DNA of 64,000 nt, from NCBI GenBank assembly GCA_048128005.1, contig JBEUKZ010000069.1, forward strand, positions 186,001-250,000, in the 5' to 3' direction. Shown here piece by piece: positions 24,808 to 38,820 of this stretch; position 1 is the stretch's first letter, and each line of letters starts with the position of its first letter. Source of the stretch: Veleropilina oligotropha (Eukaryota). The translations under genes and the position numbers were made by a program. A model generated the notes under the pieces. It had not been told where the DNA came from, did not search any database, and saw only the letters and a program-made list of their open reading frames with translations.

Positions 24808-27800
24808 TTGTCCGCAATGTAACTTTTGTGCTTCCATAAGTCACTGAGAGTGATGCAGTGGTTTAAATGGCTGCCTGATCGAGTCATATAAAATGCTAGG
24901 GAAAAGACTAGTGAAAGTGGTATCTGCTGCTTTCTATTATGTGGACAGACGAATAATAGTATGTGTGGATAAAATAACAGAAAGGCTACCGGTACTATTC
25001 TCTAGTCTCTGTAAAATGATACTTGAGTGTGACAACACTTTGAACTGAATAGCTTTCACAAGCAATGTAAAAGAGACTAGATCGAGACTAATTTTCCTAT
25101 ATTTTAATTACTTGTCTGCGAAAATTGTTACATACTATGATTTTGGCATATTTAAATGCCCGAAATGCGTATTATTTACTCAAATTTATAAATATGAAAA
25201 TATGATTTAACGTCTCTATCATAACAAACGGAGCAATTGTGCCTTAGCTAATTGTCACTAGCTGGTGTTGAACCCGGGGACGAAAGGAGTACCGTGAACA
25301 CCAGAGAGCTATGCTCTATCCACTCAGCCACGGCGACCAATGGTAATCCTGATCTGACCAGTACCGATCAAGAAATATTCACAAAACCTTCCTTTTCAGA
25401 CCACTGGCTTGAATGAAATATAGATCTATGTCTTTTGCTCAAAAACAATAAAGCTTGTCAATTTTACATTTACAACAAACATATGATTCTAAAATGTAGA
25501 ACTTAACACGAACTTAAATAATATATACCCGTCGCATATTTATAGCAACTAAGGACAACATAACTAAATATTAGATAAGGTGATGGTGAATGAAAAGATA
25601 TAATCTGTTGACAAGTCTTTTGAGACCTTGTTCTCATTACTTTAAGATTCAACACGGCACTAGCAATTTTTAATCCTAAAAAAGGTAGAAGGCATAATGT
25701 AGGTTTCACTTACAGTTATCAATTTTTTTATTAAATGAATGTTTAGAATCAACCCATTACATTTAAATTTTCTTTAATATCTGTTTTTAGATCCAGCAAT
25801 CATTGATCACGAATATGTTGTTCCTGAAGAAAGAAGCACAACTAAGTGTACATTTATGGATCATAAGAGTATAGTCTGTCTACTCATGCAGATAGCTTTG
25901 TTCCATTATACAAAAGATTTGATTTCTGAAAAATAACAAAAGCAATCTTGGAGTTTAACCACAAAATCCTTCTATGACAGTACACTTTATTTTTGTTTGA
26001 CAAAATCGATTATCTATAAGGCAATGCAAGTCTTCCAGAAATGAATTTCAAACTGTCATGTGGTGATTTTTATGCTCTATACCCAGAGGCCATGGGCATA
26101 CTGTTTTTGTCGACACGGGTAAACAAACCAAGGTGTCCGATCTACAAGATATGATGTTGATCGCTGTGGTAAATAATCGAATTTGCTTAAAACTGAATAT
26201 ACCAATATTTGGCATGCTACTAAAAAGCAATGTTTGCGCTACTACACTCACTTATTAATTATTGGTCAATCTTTGTCTGTAGAAAAAAACAATTATTTTT
26301 TTGACATTTGTACATGATGATACAATAAAACTGTTTACTGATGTATTATTGTAGTACCTATAATTGAAGAATCGGAGAGTGACAGTGATTCAACTAGTAA
26401 AAATGCTGCTGGTAAGTGAGTTAGTTATCTTGTGAAAGTGGGCAGTTCAGTTTCATAAACAATATATTCTACTTCCAAGTTTGTTACCTATAAAACCCAG
26501 GAAATGCTTTATGGATCATATTTATGCGTTTCTTTTATTTTTCCAGTCTGATTTGAAAATAAATAAGACTGCATGGCAGCCATCTTGAAAAGTTAGCTGT
26601 CACTATGTTTAATTAACTCCTACAAGGATCTTCTTCAAATTATGTATATAAATAGTTTCCCCTAAGGTCCCAGTTGCAAAATGTACACACAATTTTTTTA
26701 GTCTGATCAAAGGTCCAATATGGCAGCCATGTTTCCTTCTTGAAATGTCGTCTTTTATTATTGTTACCAGTAAATCTGAGGAACTGTTTTAGAGATATAT
26801 TCCAAGTTCATATACAGGCTCCCCTTGGATCCTAGTTATGCATTATAAATACCTTCTGATGTGAAAATCAATATTTCTGCATGAAACATTATTGAAAAGC
26901 TAGCGTTGAAACGTTGGCATGGAGACGTTTTGGCTATATGAGGACTTTTGGACAACGGACTCATCCTTATGAGAAGTTTGCCATAAAGTTGGGTTATATA
27001 TAGTACATATATGCAGAATTTAGATTATTCAGAGGAACAATTGGTTTTTCAACCAGTTAAAACATGTCAGCTGTGCTTACTCTTAAATGAAAACAAAGAT
27101 CTACAGAACATTAGAGAGAAGACAATTTTATGGTTTCTAATTAACCTAATCTAATTAACTTTGGTAATGTTTACTTTGTCAAGATTCGTCTTTGAAGTTT
27201 AAATGAATATTGATTAACAAAAGGAAAGAAAAAGCATTACTATTAATAAAATGTTTGTGATTTGCGACTGTACCACAACAACATAAACTTTGACACAGCT
27301 TATGTCATATTTGCAGCAGGAGGTGGTGCATGACTTATTTCAAGCTCTTTTACTCCGATTAATATTTGCATTACTTTTCATTCAGAACCTGGTGAAAGAC
27401 GAAAACGTAAACGTGTTGGTAAGTATAAAATAATATGTATCGGTATTAACTTTCAAGATAATGTTTTAAGAAGTCCAATTACAATAATTAGCAGAAAGGA
27501 CTATGTACATGAGTCACTGACTGTGATGCAGTGACGTTAAGGGTCATACCAAATACTATTGAAGTGGTATCTGCTGCTTCCCATTATGAGGACAGAGAAA
27601 TGACTGCTTAATCAGTGTCTGGATAATGTGATAAAATAAGATGACACTAATTTGACAGTTGCATATATGGGACTGGCCTGTGACTGATGTGCGGCGAGTT
27701 ATTTCAGTTCAGTTCCCTTTCGTCCCGGGTCGCTTAAGCCTCTTTAGCCGTTTTCCTAGGCCGATTTTTCATTTTTATGCACATATATATAATATTTATA

Positions 27801-30046
27801 TGAATTACATTAAACGAATGGTCCGAATTTCAGCAGCGATTTTATGTTATCAAGCAGCAAACAATGTTTGTTCATTCAGTTTGAATCATCAAAAGTTTTA
27901 TAACATCCACATATATGTAGGTAAGGCATTTTAGAGCTATATGCGATAATTACGGGCAATGCATCTTTAAGCGATTATCTAATACAGTACTTGGAATGGT
28001 TTATGTGACATTTTAACATTTAATTTATCCTAAATATGTGTGATAAATACACACGTTATCCCCTTTCAGGTTTTCTTTTCATTCAAATTTGCTGCCAAAG
28101 TAGATTAAGCAATTTTTAACTTTGATACAACTTTAAAATGCTGCAATGTCATCATTGCTGGATGGATGACACCTAAGTATGGACCTCATCTTATGTAATA
28201 TTTGCAGCAGGAGGTGGTGCATCAATTATTTCAAGATCTTTCACCCAATTAATATTTGCATTACTTTTCCTTCAGAACCTGGTGAAAGACGAAAAGGGAA
28301 ACGTGTTGGTAAGTAGAAAATAATATGTACCAATTTTAGATGACTCTTTAAGAAGTCCAATTAAAATAATTAGTGGAAAGGACGTTGTCTGCAATGTAAC
28401 TTTTGTGCTTCCATAAGTCACTGAGAGTGATGCAGTGGTTTAAATGTCTGCCTGAACGAGTCATATCAAATACTAGGGAAAAGACTAGTGAAAGTGGTAC
28501 CTACTGCTTTCTATTATGTGGACAGACGAATAATAGCTTGGTGTGGATAAAATAACAGAAAGGCTACTATTCTCTAGTCTCTGTAAAATGATACTTGAGT
28601 GTGACAACACTTTGAACTGAATAGCTTTCACAAGCAATGTAAAAGAGACTAGATCGAGACTAATTTTCCTATATTTTAATTACTTGTCTGTGAAAAGTGT
28701 TACATACTATGATTTTGGCATATTTAAATGCCCGAAATGCGTATTATGTACTCAAATTTATTGAAATTTATAAATATGAAAAATATTTATGGCGACCGAA
28801 GGAGACAATTTGTTAATATTTTGCTAGTCGTCGTCGTAACTTATGTTTTCAATAATTGCAAACCTGCTTATATCGTATTTATAAAAAAAATCTTTTCTTG
28901 ACAAATTTGAAACTGGGAAATAGTCAATTTATGAAAGCATTTCACTGATTTAAATAATGGAAAAATTAATTTCATAATATTTAGAGGTGTCAAAATAAAA
29001 TATATTGGTGTTTGCCTGGTCTGTACCACAACAACATAAACTTTGACACAGCTTTAAAATGCTGCAATATATGTAATCATTATTGGATGAACGACATCTA
29101 AGTATGAACCTCATCTTATGTCATATTTGTAGCAGGAGGTGGTGCATCAATTATTTCAAGCTCTTTCACCCAATTAATATTTGCATTACTTTTCATTCAG
29201 AAACTGATGAAAGACGAAAACGGAAACGTGTTGGTAAGTAGAAAATAATATGTACCAGTATTAACTTTCAAGATAATGTTTTAAGAAGTCCAGTTACAAT
29301 AATTAGCAGAAATGACTATGTACATGAGTCACTGACTGTCAAGCAGTGATGTTAAGGGCCATACCAAAGACTATTGAAGTGGTATCTGCTGCTTCCCATT
29401 ATGAGGACAGAGAAATGACTGCTTAGTCAATGTCAGGATAATGTGACAAAATAGGATGACACAGCACTTATTTGAAAGTCGCATATATGGGACTGGCCTG
29501 TTACTAATAGAGGCTTTTGAAAGCAATATTTTTAAGGTTACTACACTCACTTATTATTCACTGGTGAATCTCTCTGTAGAAAAAACATTGTAATATATTT
29601 TTGACATTTATACATGATGATACAATAAAACTGTTTACTGTTGTATTATTGTAGTACCTCTAATAGAAGAATTGGAGAGTGACAGTGATTCAACCAGTAG
29701 AAATAATGCTGGTAAGTGAGTTTGTTATCTTGTGAAGTTGGGCAGTTCAGATTCATAAACAATTCTTGTTACTGATATATTTCTACTTCAAAAATTTGTT
29801 ACCCCAGAAAATGCTTTACGGATCATATATATGCGTGCTACTTTAATTCTTCCATTCTCAATTGAAAATTAATAAGGCTGCTTGTCAGCCATTTTAAAAA
29901 GTTTACTGTCAGTATTTTTAATAAACTCCTACAGGAATCTTGTTCAAATTATGTATATAGCTTCTCTTAACTGTCCCAATATTTTTAGTCCGATCAATAG
30001 TCCATTATGCCATGCAGTGTCCATCTTGAAATTTAATATTTTGTAG

Positions 30047-30276
30047 GTAACACCAGTGGGACTGATGAGGATACACATAGGTCCACAAAGAAACAACAGA
30101 AAAGTGTTGCTTGGAAAGAGGATGAAATCAACACCATTGTTCATGAATTTTGCAAAATTCATCTTTGAAAAGACTATTCCAAGAAAACGAGACATTCAGA
30201 CTTTCTTAAATAATCATCAAACGTTTCATAGATCTGAACAAAATATCAAGAGCAGTACATTATCAAAAATAAGTAG
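30047..30276 (+). pseudogene. Frameshifted terminal exon with Myb/SANT-like domain (...KSVAWKEDEINTIVHEF/AKFIFEKTIPRKRDIQTFLNNHQTFHRSEQNIKS/QYIIKNK*)
   Basis: Acceptor TTTTGTAG ends at 30046; same W..E...KFI....P.K...R....IK pattern as exon 1440-1657. One extra T at ~30147-30150 and a small deletion near 30252. Confidence 0.6.
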
Positions 30277-32161
30277 GAGAATTACATTTGATTGCTTCTT
30301 CGAACAGATTTAATCTTGACCAAAAAATTGAAGGTGCTAAGTTTGTTGTTAAGAGTTGCTTTAGATAAATTTGGAAACTGAATGAAATTTTATTATTAAC
30401 TAGCTTTCTTTCTCAAATGTTATTTACAGATTCATTACTTGTAAATAGAGATATATTTTAAATCCATTGATTCTAATTGTGCACCATTTGCCATGTTTAT
30501 CCCTCACCTGAAGGAATTGAGGGATATCGTTGTTGCCATGTCCAAATGTCCATAAGCAATTTGGTTATGATTATACAGACATTTGAAATGATTTCAACAA
30601 TCCTTATTAACTCTTAGGTAGCTGAATTAGATTTGGAAAATGTTACATTTGTCATACGTCATTTGTAGAGGTGTCATAATTCATATATTCCTGCTTACAA
30701 CCCACTAAAACTATATATCAAGTGAAAGATAATTAAATGCTCTACAAAATAATACTATAAAATACATGGATTGTTTTATTAAAATTATACAGGGTGCATC
30801 AAAAGTAACAATGACAATAAATAAATAAACAATAATTTATTAAACAAATGTCATGTAACAAATTAGCAAATATCATGAAATACAATATTTGATCATAATC
30901 ATAAATTAAGTCCATAAATTGAATTGCCAAAATGTGTCTAACACTTTTTTTTTTCAATATCACAAAGAACTATTTGCTAAAAGAAATGGCCAGAAACTGT
31001 AGTATACTGCCTCTTACAGCCAGTAATTACACAAAAACTGCGTTTCATCTACTCATTACTAGGTGTTGCAATAAGTTGATGTCAAAACGTAAACAGTAAA
31101 ATGTTTGACAGAGTTTTGTTTGTGGGTTAACAGGTTTACTGTTTATGAAGTGTGACTGAGTCTGTGCGAAGCCAGTAGATGCACTGTGTCTACTTAATAT
31201 TCATGTATGCTAAAATGTGTATTGATTATCAGTGTAAAGTCTGAAAAACTACCCCTTCCAGATCTGGAAATTACCCCGGGATAGTTTATGGTGCGTCATG
31301 GAATCTAACTGAGGCTAACGTGGTGGGGGTATAATCTGGGAGGCTACAATGGTCGTTGTGGTCCCCATTCGGTATGAAAGAGTCTAGTAAGAAAAACGCT
31401 TCAAATGGAAAGTACACCTATTATACTTTGATATGTGTAGATATGAGACCAAAATGGAAAACAAATATTCTATAATTATAAAGAATTTGAATTTAAAATT
31501 TATGCCATTAACCATTTAATTTGTATAATTGTTATAATAATATGCAATGGGTAATCCTCAGCATTGGTTTCCGTTGCGTATGTTTATTGCAATGTCTTAT
31601 GTTAAAAATGGTAATATTGAAAGCAATTTAATTCATTTTTGTTATAAATTTTTCAACATTGTTATATATCAATATTTACAATGTTTTATATAAAATATAT
31701 TTAACAGTGACATTGAAGATACATATAATTAAATTTGTTCAATTCTTAGTTCAAGGTTTATGATTTAATATGATGTTATATATGCAAGTACATTGTATGG
31801 GTAATCTTCAACATTGTTTTCTGTTGCATGTTTATTTTTTCTTGCAATTTCCGTTATACATTTTTTCAATACATTTTTTCAGCATTGCTATATATCGCTA
31901 TTTATATTGTTTTATGTAAAATATGTTAGTGAATTGAAGATGCATGTAATTTAAATTTTGTCTAAAGTTCAATCCTTCTGAACTTTCTTTGAAACAGTAG
32001 TTACTTAATGGTATGCTAGTTAGGAAAGGAACAGTTACTTCAAACATTGTACTATGTTAGTGTAATGGTTGTGTTGATCTGTTATGCAGGATTTAAAACA
32101 TTTCTGTGACGTCACTCTATTATACTGGAGGCTTACTATATCGCATAATGTTCACCAGATT

Positions 32162-32249
32162 TAAAAATAACCGTGCATTATTTAAAGAATTAACGTTAAT
32201 TATTTAAATAATCAACGTTAATTCTTTAAATAATGCACGGTTATTTTTA
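32162..32249. repeat. 88-bp spacer-less palindrome with one mismatch
   Basis: TAAAAATAACCGTGCATTATTTAAAGAATTAACGTTAATTATTT|AAATAATCAACGTTAATTCTTTAAATAATGCACGGTTATTTTTA; centre at 32205/32206. Confidence 0.92.
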
Positions 32250-33289
32250 TATATTTTTAAATATTTCGTCTTCCGACAGGCAAATATATGACACCATTAT
32301 ACCAATGAAGATCACACAAATGACCAGCATAACAAATACTGCATGTACCGTCACAGTCGAAGCCTGAATTTATGATATTTTGTACCAGATCATTCTTCTA
32401 AAAATTGACAGTCATGTAATAGAAATAGATTATAAGTGTGCTTTAAACTCAATTTGTTTGGATCTTATTCTTTATCAGAATCAAAACGTTGTATTTAAGT
32501 TTCATCTCCAGACAAAGGAAGTTGGTAAAGGCAATTGTTGAATCTTTAATGTACATCCATTTGAATATTTTAAAGTCTGTTGAGCATGATATTACGTCAA
32601 AGTGTACATAATAATATCATCAACTTCTTTGTGCCACTATATTCCATGATGTTTCTGCAGAAGTAACAAAAAGATAAAAGATGCCTGTTTTTGTTGTTGT
32701 CATCCAAATATTCTGTGATAGCATATATACCCAAAGATTACTGAGTATTTGTTGTTGTAGCGACTGTCTGGGAATTATTGAATGAATCAATAGATTTACG
32801 TCGGCTTTCACAATATTTATGTGGTATCATGATCAGCTATCGCGGTTTAACGAATCTATCCGATCAGACCAGACCAGTGGAAAACCGAACCAGAGTCATT
32901 CTTTCTAATCACTTGGTCACGCAGGCCCTTGGCCAAGAAAGATGGTCTACCTTGTGTCATCATACATGTGTGGACAAGAGTATAGAGAGAAGTGTCTCTG
33001 TTTCACACACAAACAGCTGAATGTATTTGGTTTCATACATGAAAGTGGCATCCTCCATGGTTATGCGCGTCACTCCAATTCTAGTCTATTAACTGCGCAG
33101 TTCCGATTGTAGGTTCGAGCCTGGTCGATGGCAAATTATTAGGAATATCATCTTGATGGTCCATAATCGGCAGAGGTGGATGGGTTTTACCAGGTATTCA
33201 TTGAATATCCCAGGCTTTTCTCCCATTTTAATAATTCAGAAGAGTATCTGCTATGTGATATAGTTGTATCGATTATTCCTTACTTATCA

Positions 33290-34075
33290 GCACCCCCCCC
33301 CCCCCCTCTTGACCCTCGATTTCTGTACGCGACACACCTTTGGGTTATGACACATGCACACATCAAGTTTCGTGTCTCTCTCGGTCAAACAGTATGGGAT
33401 ATATGGAGCGGAAGGGAATTTTGGACAAAATGCGGTAAAGTGTGAAAAGTGGGTCGCAGTGACCTACTTTTGGTATGCGACACACCTTTGGGTTATGACC
33501 CATGCACACATCAAGTTTCGTATCTCAGTGAAATAGTAAGGGAGATATGGAGCTGAAGGGAATTTTGGACAAAATGCGGTCAAGTGTGAAAAGTAGGTCG
33601 CAGTGACCTACTTTATGTACGCGACACACCTTTGGGTTATGACACATGCACACATCAAGTTTCGTGTCTCTCTCGGTCAAACAGTATGGGATTTATGGAG
33701 CAGAAGGGAATTTTGGACAAAATGCGGTAAAGTGTGAAAAGTAGGTCGCAGCAACCTACTTTCGGTACGCGACACATCTTTGGGTTATGACGCATGCACA
33801 TATCAAGTTTCGTGTCCCTCGGTCAAATGGTATAGGAGATATGGAGCGGAAAGGAATTTTTAACGGTTCGGTAAAGCGTGAAAAGTAGGTCGTGGTGACC
33901 TACTTTTGTTACGCGACAAACCATTGTGTTAGTACCCATCCACATATCAAATTTCGTGTCCCTATGTCAATTGGAGCCAAATATATGGACCGGAACAGAA
34001 TTATTGGCAACAGACCGACCGGCAGACAAGCTGACTCCTATATGCCCCCCTAAACTTCGTTTGTGGAGGCATAAA
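33290..34075 (-). mobile_element. HINE-like non-autonomous element with ~150-bp internal tandem repeats
   Basis: Repeats of GTACGCGACACACCTTTGGGTTATGAC...GGAGCGGAAGGGAATTTTGGAC...GTGAAAAGTAGGTCGC; end has GACC/GACA microsatellite and hairpin ATGCCCCCC..GGAGGCAT. Confidence 0.65.
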
Positions 34076-34836
34076 AACATACATAAACAGCTGTGGGGAC
34101 TTGTATAAACATATATGTTAAGTTATGTGGACCTGGTCTCATAAATAAACAGCTGTGTGGAGTTCTGCCAGCAAAGCATAAGAAGATATCATTCAGACAA
34201 GTATATGTGGATGGACAAAGCATCCGCTATGTGCTATGGTTGTACAGATTATTCCTTACTTTTCGCCACCCCGGTTTACCAGATCCATCTAATCAGATGA
34301 GACAAATGGGACACATTCACAGCTGAGATATGTGTACAGATGAGATACCTTGTGTCATCATACATGTATGCACAACAGTAGAGAGAGAGGTGTCTCTGTT
34401 CCACACACAAACAGATGAATGTATTTGATTTCATACATACACAGCTGTGTGGACTTGTATATACATATATATTAAGTTGCGTGGACTCCATCCCATACTT
34501 AAAAAACAGCTGCGCATACCGCTGCGAATGCAGAGGAATCCTGGAAAAGTGGCCTCAAAAGATGCGAGTAACATAAACAGTCATGTCGACTTCTGCTATT
34601 AAAGCAGCGCAACAAGTCGATGGACACATACCAACACAGACACGTATATATGCATGTCGATGGACAAAGCCGTCGCTATATGCTCTAGTTGTCCAAATTA
34701 TTCTATATTTTAATGTGGGGACATTTGTATTTAAGTATATATATTAAATTGTGTGGAATTCGGGTCAAAGATCAGGGGCTAAGTCCACATATAATTGTTT
34801 TTGTATATATGTATATATATATATATATACAATAAA

Positions 34837-35200
34837 TCTATACTATAATCGTGGAGTGTCTGCGCGTGTGTGTGTGTGTGTGTGTGTGTTCCGAATAGGC
34901 GCCCAAACGGCTGGACCGATCATCACCAAACTTTGCATGTGAACTAAGGGTGCCCACGGGATGGTTTTGGGTGCAAAAAAATGAATATTTGAAAACAAAT
35001 TTAAAAAATATATTTTAATTTATAATTTTGGAGAAAAATGTAAATTTTGCAAATTGTATGGGAATTTGTTGTTGCCGGAAAATAAAGCAAAAAAGACCCA
35101 AAATGATTTTTTTTTTACGGGGGGGGGATCCCTAAGGGGGGTGGGGTGGGGTGGGGGTAGGGTTAGGGTTAGGATTAGGTTAGGAAAAAAAAGGGAAATA
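34837..35200 (+). mobile_element. 5' part of a non-autonomous Helitron
   Basis: A|TCTATACTATAAT start, (GT)n, then CCAAACGGCTGGACCGATC..CACCAAACTTTG typical of Helitron-N 5' ends. Confidence 0.5.
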
Positions 35201-35219
35201 CAAAAAGCTGTTGACCCAG

Positions 35220-35895
35220 GAACAAGCTGTTATATACACACATGAAGTTTCATGTTCCTCAATCAAATAGTATGAGATATATGAAGCGGAAGGGAATTTT
35301 AGACAGAATGCTGTCAAGTGTGGAAAGTAGGTCGCGGTGATCTACTTTCGGTACGCGACACCTTTCATATATGACGCATGCACATAATTATGAAGTTTCA
35401 TATCCATCGGTCAAATAGTATTGGAGATTGGAGCAGAAGTGAATTTTGGACCAAATGTGGTCAAGCGGGAAAAGTAGTTCGCCGTGCCTTACTTTTGGTA
35501 CGGGTGTGCACCTTTAGGTTATGACGCATAAAAACATCAAGTTCGTGTCCCTTGGTCAAATAGTATGGAAGATATGGAGCGGAAGGGAATTTTTGACCAA
35601 ATGCGGTTGTCCGAAAAGTAGGTCAAAGTAACCTACTTTCGGTATGCGTCACACCGTTGGTTTATAACGTATCCACACATCAAGTTTCAGTCAAGCATGC
35701 GAATTAGGTCGCGGTGACCTACTTTTGGTACGCGACACATCTTTGGGTTATAACGCATTCACACATCAAGTTGCTTGTCCCTCGGTCAAATAGTGTCCGA
35801 GATCTGCAGCGGAAGGGATTTTGCAACAGACTGACAGACGGACAGACAAGCTGACTCCTATATTCCCCCATAAACTTCGTTTGTGAGCGCATCAT
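35220..35895 (-). mobile_element. Second, more degenerate copy of the HINE-like family at 33290-34075
   Basis: Same subrepeats and same end (GACAAGCTGACTCCTATAT..CCCC.TAAACTTCGTTTGTG). Confidence 0.65.
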
Positions 35896-36164
35896 GATGG
35901 TTGGAAATATACAGGTCACTAAGCATCAATCCTTTCCTCTTTCCCAGATGTACATGCTAACCCATACTGGTGGAAAACTACATGTATGTGTTATGTTCAA
36001 TATTATAAAGCCATTATGCATTATTTTGTACAGTATGTGGATTTATTATACGAGGTACGGTTTCATGTATACAGACTCATTTAATACACTAAAAAGAACC
36101 ATTCAAACATAATGTTCATTGAGTTAGACATAATGTAGGTGAACTGTTTACAATTATAAATTGT

Positions 36165-37527
36165 TTTTGTGTCTCGCCCGTAGGGAAAGGGACAAAGGTA
36201 TCGCCTTTCTGTCCGCGACGGCATCGTCAACAATTGTTAAAGTTTTGCGTTTAGATCTGTTTCTCAAAAAGTATATGTTATAGATCAACATAACTTGGAC
36301 CATCTATGCTTCATGGGTACTGTTGTTTACCGAATGCTTCGGATGCCTTGATATATAACCTATATTTTAGGTATCGTGACTTTGTTATCAAAGTAATTAG
36401 TGCTATTTTTTTATCTCCCGCGTTACCATCGAGGGGATTTTGCGATCGCCCAGTCTGCCTGTCCGTCCGTCTGTCTGTCTGTATGCAATCGATATCGTTT
36501 ACGGAGCATATCTCGTACACCGTTCGACATAACTTTATGAAACATGCTGGGATGTATTAAGTTGTAGGTGAAATGGTGCCTTTGCCAGTTTCGACGATAT
36601 GCGTCGATTATTAACAGAGTTACTGCCCTTGTAAATTTGCGAATGTTATATTTTCCGGAGCGTATCTCATACACCGCTCAACATAACTTTACGAAACTTC
36701 CTGGGTGCACAAAGTAGTTGGTGATCTGATGTATTTTGCTAATTGCATCGCTGTGCGGCTATTAATAACAGAGTTATTGCTCTTGTTGTAAATTATTTGT
36801 GTGCGCTCTACAGTGCAAAGTTCTAATCCGATTTGATTCAAATTCGGTATGCACTTTAGTTATGATGACACGCCACCTAACGATAATCGTCACTTTCGGA
36901 TCAAAGAGATTTGTTTGAAGAGATTTGTTTTGAAGAGATTTATTGTGGGCGCTATGCAGTGAACACATTTAATGCGATTTGATTCAAATTTGGTATGCGT
37001 GTTTGTTATGATGAGTACACATCGACTAACTATCTTCGTCAGTTTTCGTACTCAAGATTTTCTTTAACGATAATTCTTGTTGGGTCTCTAGGCTGAAAAG
37101 TTCTAATCCGAATTGATTCAAGTTTGATATGGGACTTTGTTATGATGGGACACGCCGCCTGACGATTTTCGTCGTGTTCAGTTCAAAGATGGCTGCCGTG
37201 GCAGTCATTTTGTTTAGAGAGATTTCATGTACGCTACAGTAAAATATTTCAATCAGATTTGATTCAAATTTGGCAGGCGTGTTAGTTATTATGAAAAAAC
37301 ACCGCCTAACGATTTCGTCAATTCAGGCTTCAAAATGGCCACCGTGGCGGCCATTTCATTTGAGGAGATTTATTGTGTGCACTCAACAGTGAAAAGCTAA
37401 TATCACATTTGGTTCAAATTAGATATACGCGTTTTGCATGATGAGAACACGGCGCCCATTGCTTTTTGCTACCGTGGGTGGGGATACATCACATCCCCTC
37501 GACTTGCCGGTCGAGGATTCGCTAGTT
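36165..37527 (+). mobile_element. Nested or adjacent HINE-like elements with degenerate internal repeats
   Basis: T-rich starts with stem-loops (~36165, ~36405), GTCC/GTCT microsatellite, repeated GATTTGATTCAAATTTGG units, 3' hairpin before CTAGTT. Confidence 0.45.
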
Positions 37528-37542
37528 GCTAATTTACATTGC

Positions 37543-37922
<380 letters not shown>

Positions 37923-38820
37923 AGGGAGGGAGGGAGGGGAGAGGAGAGGGAGGAGGGAGGGAGGTGGAAGGGAGGGAGGGAGGGAGGGAGGGATGGAGGG
38001 GGGATATGTACACCCAATTCCTTATACATATGGGCGTAAATGATTCCCTTAATGCAAGAGTGGTGGACCTCCAAATTGTTGAACATAGAGAAAACGGCTT
38101 GTAAAGTTAAATTAAAATGCTCAAATCTGTAAATGATATTTCTTAAATAACATTAGCTACATTTATTCATATATGGGACATAATTTTAAGACATAATTAT
38201 AATCATTTATTTTTCGTTATTTTTACGAAAATTAAATTTGCAAACAATATATAAACGATAAGCAACTTATATTTTGAGAGTTACACCACTATTGCACTAC
38301 TGTTTATTTTATAAAATAAGTAAAGGAGATCAATGTTATCAGGTTTTGTAATATCATTGAAATAATATGGCTCACATTTAAGCATCATGTCTTTTAATTG
38401 ATAAATATATATATGCATTAAGAATTAAACCACTATTGCACAAAATCACCAATGAGGTTTATGAATATGATTTGATTGAAAACATTTTATTCCATACACA
38501 AATCATTGAAGATGTATAAATGTGAGGATGCACATACATTCGATTACTAATCATTAATTTGTATCATATTGCAAAACTTAATGTGAAATTTGCTTGACTA
38601 CGATTAAATTTAGTATTTGTAATGCTTTACCATTATCGAAGGGAGATAATCAGATACTGGTATACTACTATAATACTCTTATTATTATATAATCATGCAT
38701 CGCTTAAAGTAATACAAAAACATCTATACACAATTAAAAATTGTGTTATTCAGCTTTTGCAAGCTTCAGCAACAGTAAGCTACTTAGAACAAGCATTATG
38801 TGGGTGTGACAGACGTTTAA

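Larger units (their letters stand above)
22867..30276 (+). pseudogene. Spliced gene remnant built of phase-1 microexons: 22867-22969, 24426-24458, (25791-?), 26355-26411, 27386-27418, 28276-28308, 29201-29233, 29655-29711, terminal exon 30047-30276
   Basis: Each internal exon is bounded by (C/T)AG and GTAAGT. 33-nt exons encode EPGERRK(G/R)KRV or ETDERRKRKRV; 57-nt exons encode VPIIEESESDSDSTSKNAA or VPLIEELESDSDSTSRNNA. The terminal exon is frameshifted. Confidence 0.7.
22606..34803 (+). mobile_element. Putative ~12.2-kb internally deleted DNA element inserted in (TA)n (Crypton-like, inferred)
   Basis: (TA)n on both sides. GTGGAC/GTCCAC motif clusters at both ends (22627-22810; ~34090-34730; terminal GTCCAC 34783-34788). 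Encloses a spliced gene remnant ending in a Myb/SANT-like exon. Confidence 0.5.

Noticed and set aside
35157..35183. Telomeric TTAGGG seed
   Set aside because: Only 2-4 imperfect units inside a Helitron-like repeat.
35950..35995. Zinc-finger exon (MLTHTGGKLHVCVM) after TTTCCCAG
   Set aside because: Less than one finger, truncated by an adjacent repeat; too short to call.
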